Shown in pieces: positions 27,795-36,481 of a stretch of DNA of 64,000 nt. The DNA is taken from the NCBI GenBank assembly GCA_046484325.1, contig JAWOJB010000054.1, positions 2,287-66,286 of the forward strand. The letters are read 5' to 3'. The position numbers and the translations under genes are program-made. Each line of letters opens with the position of its first letter. Position 1 is the stretch's first letter. Under the pieces are notes generated by a model. That model was not told the DNA's origin. It saw only the letters and a list, made by a program, of their open reading frames with translations, and searched no databases. Source of the DNA: Acidimicrobiia bacterium (GTDB lineage: Bacteria > Actinomycetota > Acidimicrobiia > Spongiisociales > ZC4RG35).

Positions 27795-27905
27795 GTTCCG
27801 CAAGATACCAGGTTACAGCCAGTAATCAAGATCGCGAGACATAAGCCCCGGAGGATTGTCGGCTCTTCGCGGGAACGGGTCACGGCATCCGGATACGCTG
27901 GCGCC

Positions 27906-28040
27906 ATGCTCGAGGTCGCCCGCTTCCTGGCCGCCCACCCGCCCTTCCGGGGCCTCCCCACCGCCATGGTCGATGAGATCGCCAGGTCGGTTGCGGTCGA
28001 GTTCTTCCCGACCGGAACGGTGATCCTCCGGCAGGGTGGC
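27906..28040 (+). pseudogene. Possible 5' remnant of a cNMP-binding-domain gene (DUF294/CBS-type regulator N-terminus)
   Basis: The first ~45 codons of ORF 27906..28115 read FLAAHPPFRGLPTAMVDEIARSVAVEFFPTGTVILRQGG, a typical start of a cyclic-nucleotide-binding domain. It then degenerates into Arg-rich sequence and runs into the GS-like gene. Confidence 0.3.
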
Positions 28041-28071
28041 GCCCGGGAAGCCCCGGCACGAAGGAGGATGC

Positions 28072-29451
28072 ATGGGGAGCCCACGGGGCTTGTTGACCCT
28101 CGCCGAGCTCGGTGAGCTGGCCGCCGCCGACGCCATCGACACGGTGGTGGTCGGGTTCACCGACCACTACGGCAGGGTGCACGGAAAGCGATTCGACGCC
28201 GGGTACTTCGTCGACGAGGTCCACGACCACGGCACCCACGGTTGCGACTACCTGCTCACCGTCGACATGGAGATGGAACCGGTGCCGGGATACCGGTACG
28301 CCAACTGGGAGTTGGGGTACGGGGACTTCCACATGGTCCCGGACCTGTCCACGCTCCGGGTCGCCGATTGGCTCGACCGGTCGGCATTCGTCCTCTGCGA
28401 CCTGGAGGACGAGGGCTCGCACCGGCGCGTCGAGGTGGCGCCCCGGTCCATCCTCCGCCGCCAGCTCGAGCGGGCGGCGGCCACCGGGTACACCGCAAAG
28501 GGGGCGTCGGAACTCGAGTACTTCCTCTTCGAGGACAGCTACCGGGAGGCGGCCGAGCGCCACTACCACGATCTCACCCCCGCCGGGTGGTACATCGAGG
28601 ACTATCACCTCCTCCAGGGAACCCGGGAGGAGGGATACAACGGGGCGGTCAGGCGCCATCTTTCCCGTTCGGGGATCCCGGTCGAGAACTCGAAAGGGGA
28701 GTGGGGTCGCGGCCAGCACGAGATGAACGTTCGCTACACCGAGCTGCTCGACATGGCGGACCGCCATACGATCATGAAGCTGGCGATGAAGGACATCGCC
28801 GAGTTGCAGGGTGTCAGCGTCACGTTCATGGCCAAGCCGTTCGCCACCGAGGCCGGCTCCAGCTGCCACCTCCACGTGTCGCTCTGGCAGGAGGACGACA
28901 ACGTCTTCCCGGGCGACCACGTCTTCGGGCGGGTATCGGCGTCCGACCACTTCCGTTGGTTCCTGGGCGGGTGGATGGCCCACCTCCCCGAGCTCATGGT
29001 GTTCTTCGCCCCCACCGTGAACTCGTACAAGCGATATCAGGACGCCTCCTGGGCGCCGGTGCGCATCGCCTGGAGTTATGACAACCGGACGGCCGGATTC
29101 CGGGTGGTCGGCCACGGGCGGTCGCTCCGCATCGAGTGCCGGATCCCGGGGGCCGACACCAACCCCTATCTCGCCTATGCGGCGGTCATGGCGGCCGGGC
29201 TCGACGGGATCGAGCGGCGGATCGAGCCGCCGGAGATGTTCGCGGGCGACGTGTACCAGGCCGCCCACCTGCCCCGGGTTCCCTACACGCTCCGGGAAGC
29301 GGTGTCGCTGTTCGAGGAGAGCGAGTTCGTGCGGGAGGCGCTGGGCGAGGCGGTGCAGGAGCACTACGCCCACTTCTTCCGTCAGGAGGCCACCGCATAC
29401 GACAACGCCGTCACCGACTGGGAGCGGTGGCGCTACTTCGAGCGGATCTAG
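28072..29451 (+). CDS. Glutamine synthetase family protein, gamma-glutamyl-amine synthetase-like (GlnA3/GlnA4/PuuA type)
   Basis: AAGGAGGA precedes ATG 28072. Motifs KGEWGRGQHEMN, FMAKPF...GSSCHLHVSLW, NSYKRY, NPYL. Confidence 0.88.
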   Translation: MGSPRGLLTLAELGELAAADAIDTVVVGFTDHYGRVHGKRFDAGYFVDEVHDHGTHGCDYLLTVDMEMEPVPGYRYANWELGYGDFHMVPDLSTLRVADWLDRSAFVLCDLEDEGSHRRVEVAPRSILRRQLERAAATGYTAKGASELEYFLFEDSYREAAERHYHDLTPAGWYIEDYHLLQGTREEGYNGAVRRHLSRSGIPVENSKGEWGRGQHEMNVRYTELLDMADRHTIMKLAMKDIAELQGVSVTFMAKPFATEAGSSCHLHVSLWQEDDNVFPGDHVFGRVSASDHFRWFLGGWMAHLPELMVFFAPTVNSYKRYQDASWAPVRIAWSYDNRTAGFRVVGHGRSLRIECRIPGADTNPYLAYAAVMAAGLDGIERRIEPPEMFAGDVYQAAHLPRVPYTLREAVSLFEESEFVREALGEAVQEHYAHFFRQEATAYDNAVTDWERWRYFERI

Positions 29452-29514
29452 CGTGGACGCGAGACGTGCGTCATGAGACGTGAGTGGGATGTGAGGCGGG
29501 GAGCGTGAGACTCG
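29452..29514. repeat. Degenerate 7-nt periodic tract (GTGNGAC-like units)
   Basis: cgtggac gcgagac gtgcgtc atgagac gtgagtg ggatgtg aggcggg gagcgtg agactcg. Begins immediately after the TAG stop at 29449-29451 and overlaps the start region of the next gene. Confidence 0.45.
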
Positions 29515-30278
29515 AGGGCAAGGTGACTCTGATCACGGGCGCCGGCTCGGGCATCGGCCGGGAGGCCGCCCTGCTCTTCGCCGCCGAAGGGGCGGCGGTG
29601 GTGGCCGTCGACGTCCGCGAGGAGCCGGCAGCGGAGACCGCCGCCATGGTCGAGCAGGCCGGGGGGCGGGCGCAGGCGGTACGGGCCGACGTGTCGAAGG
29701 ACGCCGATTGCCGGGCGATGGTCGAGGCGGCCGAGGCGACGTTCGGTCGGCTCGACGTCCTGTTCAACAACGCCGGGATCATGCACTCGGCCGACGACGA
29801 CGCCGTCGCCACCGCCGAGGACATCTGGGATCTGACGATGGACATCAACGCCAAGGGCGTGTTCCTCGGCTGTAAGCACGGCATCCCCGCCCTCCGCCGG
29901 GCTGGGGGCGGGTCGATCATCAACACCGCCTCGTTCGTGGCGATCATGGGGGCGGCCACCCCGCAGATCGCCTACACCGCATCGAAGGGGGCCGTGCTCG
30001 CCCTCACCCGGGAGCTGGCGGTGGTGCACGCCCGGGAGAACATCCGGGTGAACTCGCTGTGCCCGGGTCCGCTCCGGACCGAGCTCCTCATGAAGTTCCT
30101 CGACACCGAGGAGAAGCGCCAGCGGAGGCTGGTGCACATCCCGATGGGCAGGTTCGGGGAGGCCGCAGAGATGGCCAAGGCGGCGTTGTGGCTCGCATCG
30201 GACGAGTCTTCCTACGTGACGGGATCCGACTTCGTGGTCGACGGCGGCATCACCGCCGCCTATGTGACGCCGTCATGA
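29505..30278 (+). CDS. SDR family oxidoreductase (FabG-like)
   Basis: ORF 29484..30278, start GTG 29484 or GTG 29505. TGAGSGIG and YTASKGAV motifs. Confidence 0.88.
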   Translation: MRLEGKVTLITGAGSGIGREAALLFAAEGAAVVAVDVREEPAAETAAMVEQAGGRAQAVRADVSKDADCRAMVEAAEATFGRLDVLFNNAGIMHSADDDAVATAEDIWDLTMDINAKGVFLGCKHGIPALRRAGGGSIINTASFVAIMGAATPQIAYTASKGAVLALTRELAVVHARENIRVNSLCPGPLRTELLMKFLDTEEKRQRRLVHIPMGRFGEAAEMAKAALWLASDESSYVTGSDFVVDGGITAAYVTPS

Positions 30279-31660
30279 GCGACACCGCCACCCTGATCGA
30301 CCCCGCCACCGGGGGACCGATCGCCGAGGTGCCGCGGGCGACGGCGGCCGACGTCGCCCGGGCGGTGGGATCCGCCCATGCCGCCTACGAAGCGGGGGTC
30401 TGGCGCCGGGCCCCGGTCCGGGAACGGCGCGACGTCCTCCGGAGGATCGCCGACCTCGTACGGCGTGACCTCGAACTGCTGGCGCGGCTGGAGTCGTCGA
30501 ACACCGGCAAGCCGATCACCGGGGCCCGAGGTGAGATCGGGGCCGTGGCGACCACCTTCGACTACTACGCCGGGGCGGTCGACAAGTTCTTCGGCCAGAC
30601 GATCCCTGGCAATTCGCCCGGCACGTTGCTCACGTTCCGGGAGCCGCTGGGGGTGTGTGCCGCCATCACGCCGTGGAACTTCCCGATGCTGATCCTGGGC
30701 TGGAAGGCGGCCCCCGCCCTGGCCATGGGCAACTCGGTCGTCGTCAAGCCCGCCGAGGTCACGCCGCTCACCGCCCTGGGCTTCGCCGAGCTGGCGGCCG
30801 AAGCCGGCCTCCCCGACGGGGTGCTCCAGGTGATCACGGGGCGCGGATCCGAGGTGGGCGAGGCGCTCGTGACCCATCCCCTCGTCCGCAAGATCTCCTT
30901 CACCGGTTCCACCGAGGTGGGGAGCCGGGTCATGGCCATGGCGGCTCCCGGCGTCAAACGGGTGTCGCTCGAGCTGGGAGGGAAGTCGGCCAACGTCGTG
31001 TTCGCCGACGCCGACTTGGAGGCCTGCCTCCCCTCCTCGCTGTGGTCGGTTTACGACAATGCCGGCCAGGACTGCTGCTCGCGCAGCCGGTTCCTGGTCG
31101 AGCGGGCCGTCTTCGACGACTTCGTTGGGCGCTTCACCGAGCTGACCTCGACGATCCGGGTGGGCGATCCATCCGACGAGTCCACGGAGATGGGCCCACT
31201 CATCACCCCGGCGCACCTCGAGACGGTGGTCGGCTACCTCCGACTGGGGGAGGAGGAGGGGGCGCGGAGGGTGTGTGGCGGCACGCGTTTGGACGGGCCC
31301 GGCAACTTCCTCACGCCGGCCGTGTACGTCGACGTGGACCCTGGGATGCGGTTCGCCCGCGAGGAGATCTTCGGCCCGGTGGTGGCCATGATCCCCTTCG
31401 ACGGCGAGGACGAGGCGATCCGGCTCGCCAACGACTCGATCTACGGACTGTCCGGCTCGCTGTGGACGCGAGATGTCGGTAGGGCGCTCCGGGTGGCGCG
31501 GGCCGTCGAGACCGGGATGATCTCGATCAACTCCTCGTCCTCGGTCCACATCGAGGCGCCGTTCGGCGGGGTGAAGCAGTCCGGTATGGGTCGTGAGCAG
31601 GGGATGGCGGCCCTCGACGCCTACACCGAGTACAAGACGGTGTTCGTGGCAGAGGTCTGA
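30275..31660 (+). CDS. NAD(P)-dependent aldehyde dehydrogenase
   Basis: ATGA overlap with the SDR stop. ELGGKSANVV and GQDCCSRSR (catalytic Cys) motifs. Confidence 0.92.
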   Translation: MSDTATLIDPATGGPIAEVPRATAADVARAVGSAHAAYEAGVWRRAPVRERRDVLRRIADLVRRDLELLARLESSNTGKPITGARGEIGAVATTFDYYAGAVDKFFGQTIPGNSPGTLLTFREPLGVCAAITPWNFPMLILGWKAAPALAMGNSVVVKPAEVTPLTALGFAELAAEAGLPDGVLQVITGRGSEVGEALVTHPLVRKISFTGSTEVGSRVMAMAAPGVKRVSLELGGKSANVVFADADLEACLPSSLWSVYDNAGQDCCSRSRFLVERAVFDDFVGRFTELTSTIRVGDPSDESTEMGPLITPAHLETVVGYLRLGEEEGARRVCGGTRLDGPGNFLTPAVYVDVDPGMRFAREEIFGPVVAMIPFDGEDEAIRLANDSIYGLSGSLWTRDVGRALRVARAVETGMISINSSSSVHIEAPFGGVKQSGMGREQGMAALDAYTEYKTVFVAEV

Positions 31661-31662
31661 GC

Positions 31663-32373
31663 GTGCGGGTCGGCCTGCTCGTGTGCGACCACGTGCGGGA
31701 GGAGTTCCGCTCGCTTGCCGGTGACTACCCCCAGATGTTCGCGGGGCTGTTTGCCGGCCATCCCGACATCGAGTTGCGGCCGTACGACCTTACCGCCGGA
31801 GAGTTCCCGACATCGACCGCCGAGTGCGCGGCGTGGATCGGCACGGGGTCGAGGTGGTCGGTGAACGACGACGTGCCCTGGATCCGGCGCCTCGAGGATC
31901 TGGTCGCCGCCTTCGTCGGCGAGGGTCGTAGGTTCGTCGGCGTCTGCTTCGGTCACCAGATGATCGGGCGGGCACTCGGCGGCGAGGTGGCCAGGTCCGA
32001 GCGGGGATGGGGCGTGGGCGTGAAGGAGGTCGGGGTGCACCTGACCGAGGACTGGATGACACCGCCCGCCCCGTCCTACCGGGTGCTCAACAGCCACGCC
32101 GACCAGATCGTGCGGGCCTCCGATGGGATTCGGGTGCTCGGCTCCAACGAGCACTGTCCGATCTCAATGCTCGCCGTCGGCGATCACGTGCTCGGGATCC
32201 AGGGGCATCCGGAGTTCGTCCCCGGCTACGCCCGCGCCCTCATGGAGGGCCGGCGCGGCCGGCTCATCCCCGAGGAGGTCGTCGACGCCGGTCTCGGCAC
32301 CCTGGCGGAGCCCGTGGACCGTGAACTCCTGGCCGGCTGGATCGCCGCTTTCCTCCTGCGCGATCTCCGGTAG
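31663..32373 (+). CDS. Class I glutamine amidotransferase-like hydrolase (PuuD/gamma-glutamyl amidohydrolase candidate)
   Basis: GTG 31663, 2 nt after the ALDH stop. Nucleophile elbow VCFGHQMIG and GHPEF histidine. Confidence 0.8.
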   Translation: MRVGLLVCDHVREEFRSLAGDYPQMFAGLFAGHPDIELRPYDLTAGEFPTSTAECAAWIGTGSRWSVNDDVPWIRRLEDLVAAFVGEGRRFVGVCFGHQMIGRALGGEVARSERGWGVGVKEVGVHLTEDWMTPPAPSYRVLNSHADQIVRASDGIRVLGSNEHCPISMLAVGDHVLGIQGHPEFVPGYARALMEGRRGRLIPEEVVDAGLGTLAEPVDRELLAGWIAAFLLRDLR

Positions 32374-32399
32374 CGCATGGCCGGTCGTACGGTGCCACC

Positions 32400-32840
32400 A
32401 TGCGGGTGCTCGCGACCGTCCTCATCGCCGCCGGACTGCTCGCCTGGTCCGGCCTCCACCCGCTCGACCGCCGGCGCCGGGCCATCCCCGCCCTGATCGC
32501 GCTGGGGGTGATGATCACCCTCGCCTCCCTGCGGCCACCCGCCGAGCCGCAGTTCGACCCGGCCTTGCCCACCGTGGCGGCGGTGCCCGACGTGTTCGGC
32601 CGGGCCCCGGAGGTAGCGGTGTCGGAGATCACCTCTGCAGGGTTCGCGGCGCGGGTGGTGCGTGCCTGCAGCCCGGATGCGCCAGGCAACCGGGTCGAGG
32701 AGGTCTACCGGATCGAGCGCAGCCCGTGGTGGTCGCTCGCCAATCCCCTCGTCACCGCCGAGGGGACCACGCCGGCGGGCAGCGCCGTCAGGGTCGGCAC
32801 CGAGGTTCTGATGAGGGTGCCGGACGCCTCCACCTGCTGA
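32400..32840 (+). CDS. Small membrane-anchored protein with a PASTA-like extracellular domain, hypothetical
   Basis: Two N-terminal hydrophobic helices, then VPDVFGRAPEVAVSEITSAGFAARVV...GSAVRVGTEVLMRV, reminiscent of a PASTA fold. Confidence 0.5.
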   Translation: MRVLATVLIAAGLLAWSGLHPLDRRRRAIPALIALGVMITLASLRPPAEPQFDPALPTVAAVPDVFGRAPEVAVSEITSAGFAARVVRACSPDAPGNRVEEVYRIERSPWWSLANPLVTAEGTTPAGSAVRVGTEVLMRVPDASTC

Positions 32841-32856
32841 CCGTCGGCCGTCGGCA

Positions 32857-32904
32857 ACCGTGGGCCGGGGAACACGATTTCCGTGTTCCCCAACCCTGGG
32901 TTGG
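32857..32904. repeat. Dispersed ~47-bp double-palindrome element, copy 2
   Basis: acCGTGGGCCGGGGAACACGatttcCGTGTTCCCCAACCCTGGGTTGG. 44 of 45 core positions identical to copy 1. Contains the perfect palindrome CCAACCCTGGGTTGG. Lies between convergent 3' ends. Confidence 0.9.
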
Positions 32905-32906
32905 CT

Positions 32907-33299
32907 TCAGCGGTTGAGGGCGTCCCGGATCTCGCGGAGGAGGATGGTGTCCTCGGTTGGCTCCTCGGGAGCCTCCTCCTGCTCCTTCTCCCAACGGGCC
33001 CGGGAGGCGTTGTACGCCCTGACGACGAGGAATATGACCAGCGCAACGATGGCGAAGTTGAGGAGCGCCGCCAGGAGCGCGCCGACGCTCCCCTGGGGGA
33101 CCCCGGTCGCGGGGTCGACGGGCCCGAAGGTCCACAGGTTCTCCAGCCCCGAGACGTCGAAGACCAGACCGATGAGCGGGCTCACGACCCGCGTGGTCAG
33201 GGTCGTCACCACCGCCGTGAAGGCGACGCCCATGACGAAGCCCACGGCGATGTCGACGAGGTTCCCCCGGTTGATGAACTCCCGGAACTCCCTGATCAT
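32907..33299 (-). CDS. mscL: Large-conductance mechanosensitive channel
   Basis: MIREFREFINRGNLVDIAVGFVMGVAF is the canonical MscL N-terminus. Confidence 0.95.
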   Translation of the reverse strand: MIREFREFINRGNLVDIAVGFVMGVAFTAVVTTLTTRVVSPLIGLVFDVSGLENLWTFGPVDPATGVPQGSVGALLAALLNFAIVALVIFLVVRAYNASRARWEKEQEEAPEEPTEDTILLREIRDALNR

Positions 33300-33376
33300 G
33301 GCCCCTCCTCGGTCGAGATCAGCCGGTGACTCGATCGAACCCTACCGCTTCGCCGGACCCGGTCTACGCTGTCGGC

Positions 33377-33763
33377 ATGCGCCCAGAGCGTCCGATTCTC
33401 GCCACCATCGATCACCGTGAGTCCGCCGGCCGCGCCGAGGTCGAGGTGGTGCTCGGCTATCGCGACGAGGCCGTCAGCGGTACCGCCTCGGGCCCGCCCG
33501 ACGCCGACCACCGTCCCCGCCTCGTGGGCGAGGCAACCCTCCGGGCGGTCGAGTCGATCCTCGGCTCGGACGGCGCCTTCGACCTCAGCGCCGTCGCCGC
33601 CCAGGACCTCGGCCCGGTGACCGTCGCCCTCGCCCAGCTGCGGGAGGGAGGCGCCGCCGACTATCTGGTGGGATCGGCCGTGGTGCGTGACCACGACCTG
33701 CCCACCGCCACCGCCCGGGCGGTCCTCGATGCGCTCAACCGGAGGCTGGCCACCCGGAGCTGA
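33377..33763 (+). CDS. Conserved-looking hypothetical protein
   Basis: ORF 33326..33763, ATG 33377 preferred. Non-repetitive balanced composition. No motif recognised. Confidence 0.5.
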   Translation: MRPERPILATIDHRESAGRAEVEVVLGYRDEAVSGTASGPPDADHRPRLVGEATLRAVESILGSDGAFDLSAVAAQDLGPVTVALAQLREGGAADYLVGSAVVRDHDLPTATARAVLDALNRRLATRS

Positions 33764-33780
33764 GCCTCGGTCATCGCCTC

Positions 33781-33811
33781 AGAAATCTGATATGATCTGA
33801 CTCAGATTTCT
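33781..33811 (+). promoter_or_regulatory. AT-rich inverted repeat (candidate operator) with embedded TATGAT -10-like hexamer upstream of clpB
   Basis: AGAAATCTGA tatgatctgac TCAGATTTCT (10-bp arms). Inner perfect palindrome ATCTGACTCAGAT at 33795-33807. TATGAT at 33791-33796. GGGAGGA Shine-Dalgarno follows, and the ATG is at 33831. Confidence 0.6.
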
Positions 33812-33830
33812 ACGGGAGGACGCGCGCACG

Positions 33831-36401
33831 ATGGACCCCCAGAAGCTCACGAGCCGGTCGCAGCAGGCCCTACTCGATGCCCGGGGCCTGGCGGAGCGGC
33901 GACATCACGGCGAGATCCTCCCCGCCCACCTGCTGCTGGCGCTGCTCGGCCAGGCCGAGGGGCTCGTCTACCCGCTGCTCGACGCGCTCGGGGTCCAGGC
34001 GACGGCCCTCCGGCGCGAGCTCGAGACGAGCCTCGACACCGTCGCCAAGGTCTATGGGGCCGCCGAACCGGCCGTCGGAGCCGCCCTCTCGCGGGTGCTG
34101 ACCTCCGCCGAGGGTCTGCGCGTGGAGTTCAAGGATGACTATCTCTCGGTCGAGCACCTGCTGCTCGCCCTCTCCGAGTCGGCCGAACCCACCGGGGAGG
34201 CCCTTCGCCGCGCCGGCTTCACGAAGGCGGCCGCCATGGAGGCACTCGTGCGGCTTCGGGGCAGCGGGCGGGTGACGAGCCCGGACCCCGAGGCCACCTT
34301 CAACGCCCTCGAGCAGTACGGGCGGGATCTCACCGAGATGGCCCGCCTGGGCAAGCTCGACCCGGTGATCGGTCGCGACGACGAGATCAGGCGGGTCATC
34401 CAGGTGCTCTCCCGCCGGACCAAGAACAACCCGGTGCTGATCGGCGATCCCGGCGTCGGCAAGACGGCCATCGTCGAGGGGCTGGCCCGGCGCATCGCCG
34501 ACGGCGACGTGCCGGAGGGCCTCAAGGACCGGCGGATCGTGGCGCTCGACCTGGCGTCGATGGTGGCGGGGGCCAAGTATCGCGGCGAGTTCGAGGAGCG
34601 GCTCAAGGCGGTACTCGCCGAGATCAAGGCCTCCGAGGGCCGGGTCGTCACGTTCATCGACGAGATGCACACGATCGTTGGCGCCGGGGCGGCCGAGGGT
34701 GCCATGGACGCCTCCAACATGCTCAAGCCGATGCTCGCCCGCGGCGAGCTGCGGATGATCGGGGCGACCACCCTCGACGAGTACCGCAAGCACGTGGAGA
34801 AGGACGCCGCCCTCGAGCGGCGGTTCCAGCCGGTGCTCGTGGAGGCGCCGTCGGTCGAGGACACGATCGGGATCCTGCGCGGGCTCAAGGAGCGCTACGA
34901 GGTGCACCATGGGGTGAGGATCACCGATCCGGCGATCGTGGCGGCCGCCGTCCTTTCCGATCGGTACGTCACCTCGCGCCACCTGCCCGACAAGGCCATC
35001 GACCTCATCGACGAGGCCGCCAGCCGGCTCCGGATCGAGATCGACTCGATGCCCGAGGAGATCGACGAGTCGACCCGTCGCCGGATCCAGCTCGAGATCG
35101 AGCGGGAGGCGCTCAAGAAGGAGACCGACGCCCCTTCGCTCGAGCGGCTGGAGCGGCTCGAGCTGGAGCTCGCCGACCTCACCGAGGAGATCGACGCCCT
35201 CAGCGCCCGCTGGAACCTGGAGAAGGAGGCGATCGCCGGGATCCGCGACGTCAAGGCGCGGATCGAGGAGACCCGGGCCCTCGCCGAGCGGGCCGAGCGG
35301 GAGGGAGACCTCCAGCGCGCCGCCGAGCTCCGGTACGGGGCTCTGCGCGAGCTGGAGGCGAGCCTGACCGTCCGCCAGGACGAGCTGGAGAAGCTCCACG
35401 CCGAGGGCCGGATGCTCTCCGAGGAGGTCACCGACCAGGACGTCGCCGAGGTCGTGGCCCGGTGGACCGGGGTTCCCGTGTCCCGGCTGATGCAGGCGGA
35501 GATGGAGAAGCTCGTCCACCTGGAGGAACGGCTCCACCGGCGGGTGGTCGGCCAGGACCGGGCCGTGGAGGCGGTGGCCAACGCCGTGCGGCGCAGCCGG
35601 GCGGGGCTGTCGGATCCCCACCGGCCGATCGGGTCGTTCCTGTTCCTGGGGCCGACCGGGGTCGGCAAGACCGAGCTCGCCCGAGCGCTCGCCGAGTTCC
35701 TCTTCGACGACGAGCGGGCGATGGTGCGCCTCGACATGTCGGAGTACATGGAGAAGCACACCGTCAGCCGGCTCATCGGGGCTCCCCCCGGGTACGTGGG
35801 ATACGACGAGGGTGGCCAGCTCACCGAGGCGGTGCGCCGACGCCCGTACTCGGTGATCCTGCTCGACGAGGTGGAGAAGGCCCACCCGGACGTCTTCAAC
35901 GTGCTGCTGCAGCTGCTCGACGACGGGCGGCTCACCGACGGGCACGGCCGGACGGTGGACTTCACCAACTCCGTGCTCATCATGACCTCGAACCTCGGCT
36001 CGGAGTTCATCCAGCCCGACCTGCCCGACGAGGTGGTGGAGGATCGGGTGATGGCCGCCGTCCGCGGCGCCTTCCGCCCCGAGTTCCTCAACCGGGTGGA
36101 CGACATGATCGTGTTCCTCCGCCTGACCCCCGGCCAGCTCCGCCAGATCGTCGACATCCAGCTCGACCACCTGCAGCGGCGGTTGGAAGCCCGGCGGATC
36201 ACCCTCGAGGTCACCGATGCTGCCCGTGACCTGCTGGCGGTGCGCGGGTACGACCCCGTGTACGGGGCGAGGCCCCTCAAGCGGGTCATCCAGAAGGACC
36301 TCGCCGACGCCCTGGCGGTCCGCCTGCTCGACGGGACCTACGCCGACGGCGACGCGGTCACCATCGACGCCTCGGGGGACGAACTCGTCTTCTCCGAATA
36401 G
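33831..36401 (+). CDS. clpB: ATP-dependent chaperone/disaggregase ClpB
   Basis: 856 aa. Two AAA+ modules ([16 protein letters not shown]) and a long coiled-coil middle domain. Confidence 0.97.
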   Translation: MDPQKLTSRSQQALLDARGLAERRHHGEILPAHLLLALLGQAEGLVYPLLDALGVQATALRRELETSLDTVAKVYGAAEPAVGAALSRVLTSAEGLRVEFKDDYLSVEHLLLALSESAEPTGEALRRAGFTKAAAMEALVRLRGSGRVTSPDPEATFNALEQYGRDLTEMARLGKLDPVIGRDDEIRRVIQVLSRRTKNNPVLIGDPGVGKTAIVEGLARRIADGDVPEGLKDRRIVALDLASMVAGAKYRGEFEERLKAVLAEIKASEGRVVTFIDEMHTIVGAGAAEGAMDASNMLKPMLARGELRMIGATTLDEYRKHVEKDAALERRFQPVLVEAPSVEDTIGILRGLKERYEVHHGVRITDPAIVAAAVLSDRYVTSRHLPDKAIDLIDEAASRLRIEIDSMPEEIDESTRRRIQLEIEREALKKETDAPSLERLERLELELADLTEEIDALSARWNLEKEAIAGIRDVKARIEETRALAERAEREGDLQRAAELRYGALRELEASLTVRQDELEKLHAEGRMLSEEVTDQDVAEVVARWTGVPVSRLMQAEMEKLVHLEERLHRRVVGQDRAVEAVANAVRRSRAGLSDPHRPIGSFLFLGPTGVGKTELARALAEFLFDDERAMVRLDMSEYMEKHTVSRLIGAPPGYVGYDEGGQLTEAVRRRPYSVILLDEVEKAHPDVFNVLLQLLDDGRLTDGHGRTVDFTNSVLIMTSNLGSEFIQPDLPDEVVEDRVMAAVRGAFRPEFLNRVDDMIVFLRLTPGQLRQIVDIQLDHLQRRLEARRITLEVTDAARDLLAVRGYDPVYGARPLKRVIQKDLADALAVRLLDGTYADGDAVTIDASGDELVFSE

Positions 36402-36404
36402 GAG

Positions 36405-36450
36405 CAACCCAGGGTTGGGGAACACGAGAATGGTGTTCCCGGGCCCACGG
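36405..36450. repeat. Dispersed double-palindrome element, copy 3 (opposite orientation, diverged loop)
   Basis: CAACCCAGGGTTGGGGAACACGagaatGGTGTTCCCGGGCCCACGG is the reverse complement of the copy 1/2 consensus with a few substitutions. Starts 4 nt after the clpB stop. Confidence 0.85.
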
Positions 36451-36481
36451 TTCGGCCGGGGACCCGACGTAACCTGTCGGC

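Noticed and set aside
27801-27840. PadR operator (ATGT-N8-ACAT type) in the AT-richer region upstream of padR
   Set aside because: Only weak features were seen: CAAGAT direct repeats at 27801 and 27827, and TTAC-N5-GTAA. None matches the known PadR palindrome.
33870-36425. 851-aa ORF antisense to clpB. Similar very long ORFs occur at 18235-21306 (-), 8450-10117 (-), 55656-57767 (+), 57771-59468 (+), 43605-45095 (-) and 27880-29373 (-).
   Set aside because: Each lies opposite a gene with unmistakable conserved motifs. Their translations are Arg/Pro/Gly/His-rich and low complexity, which is typical of shadow ORFs in ~70% GC DNA where stop codons are rare.
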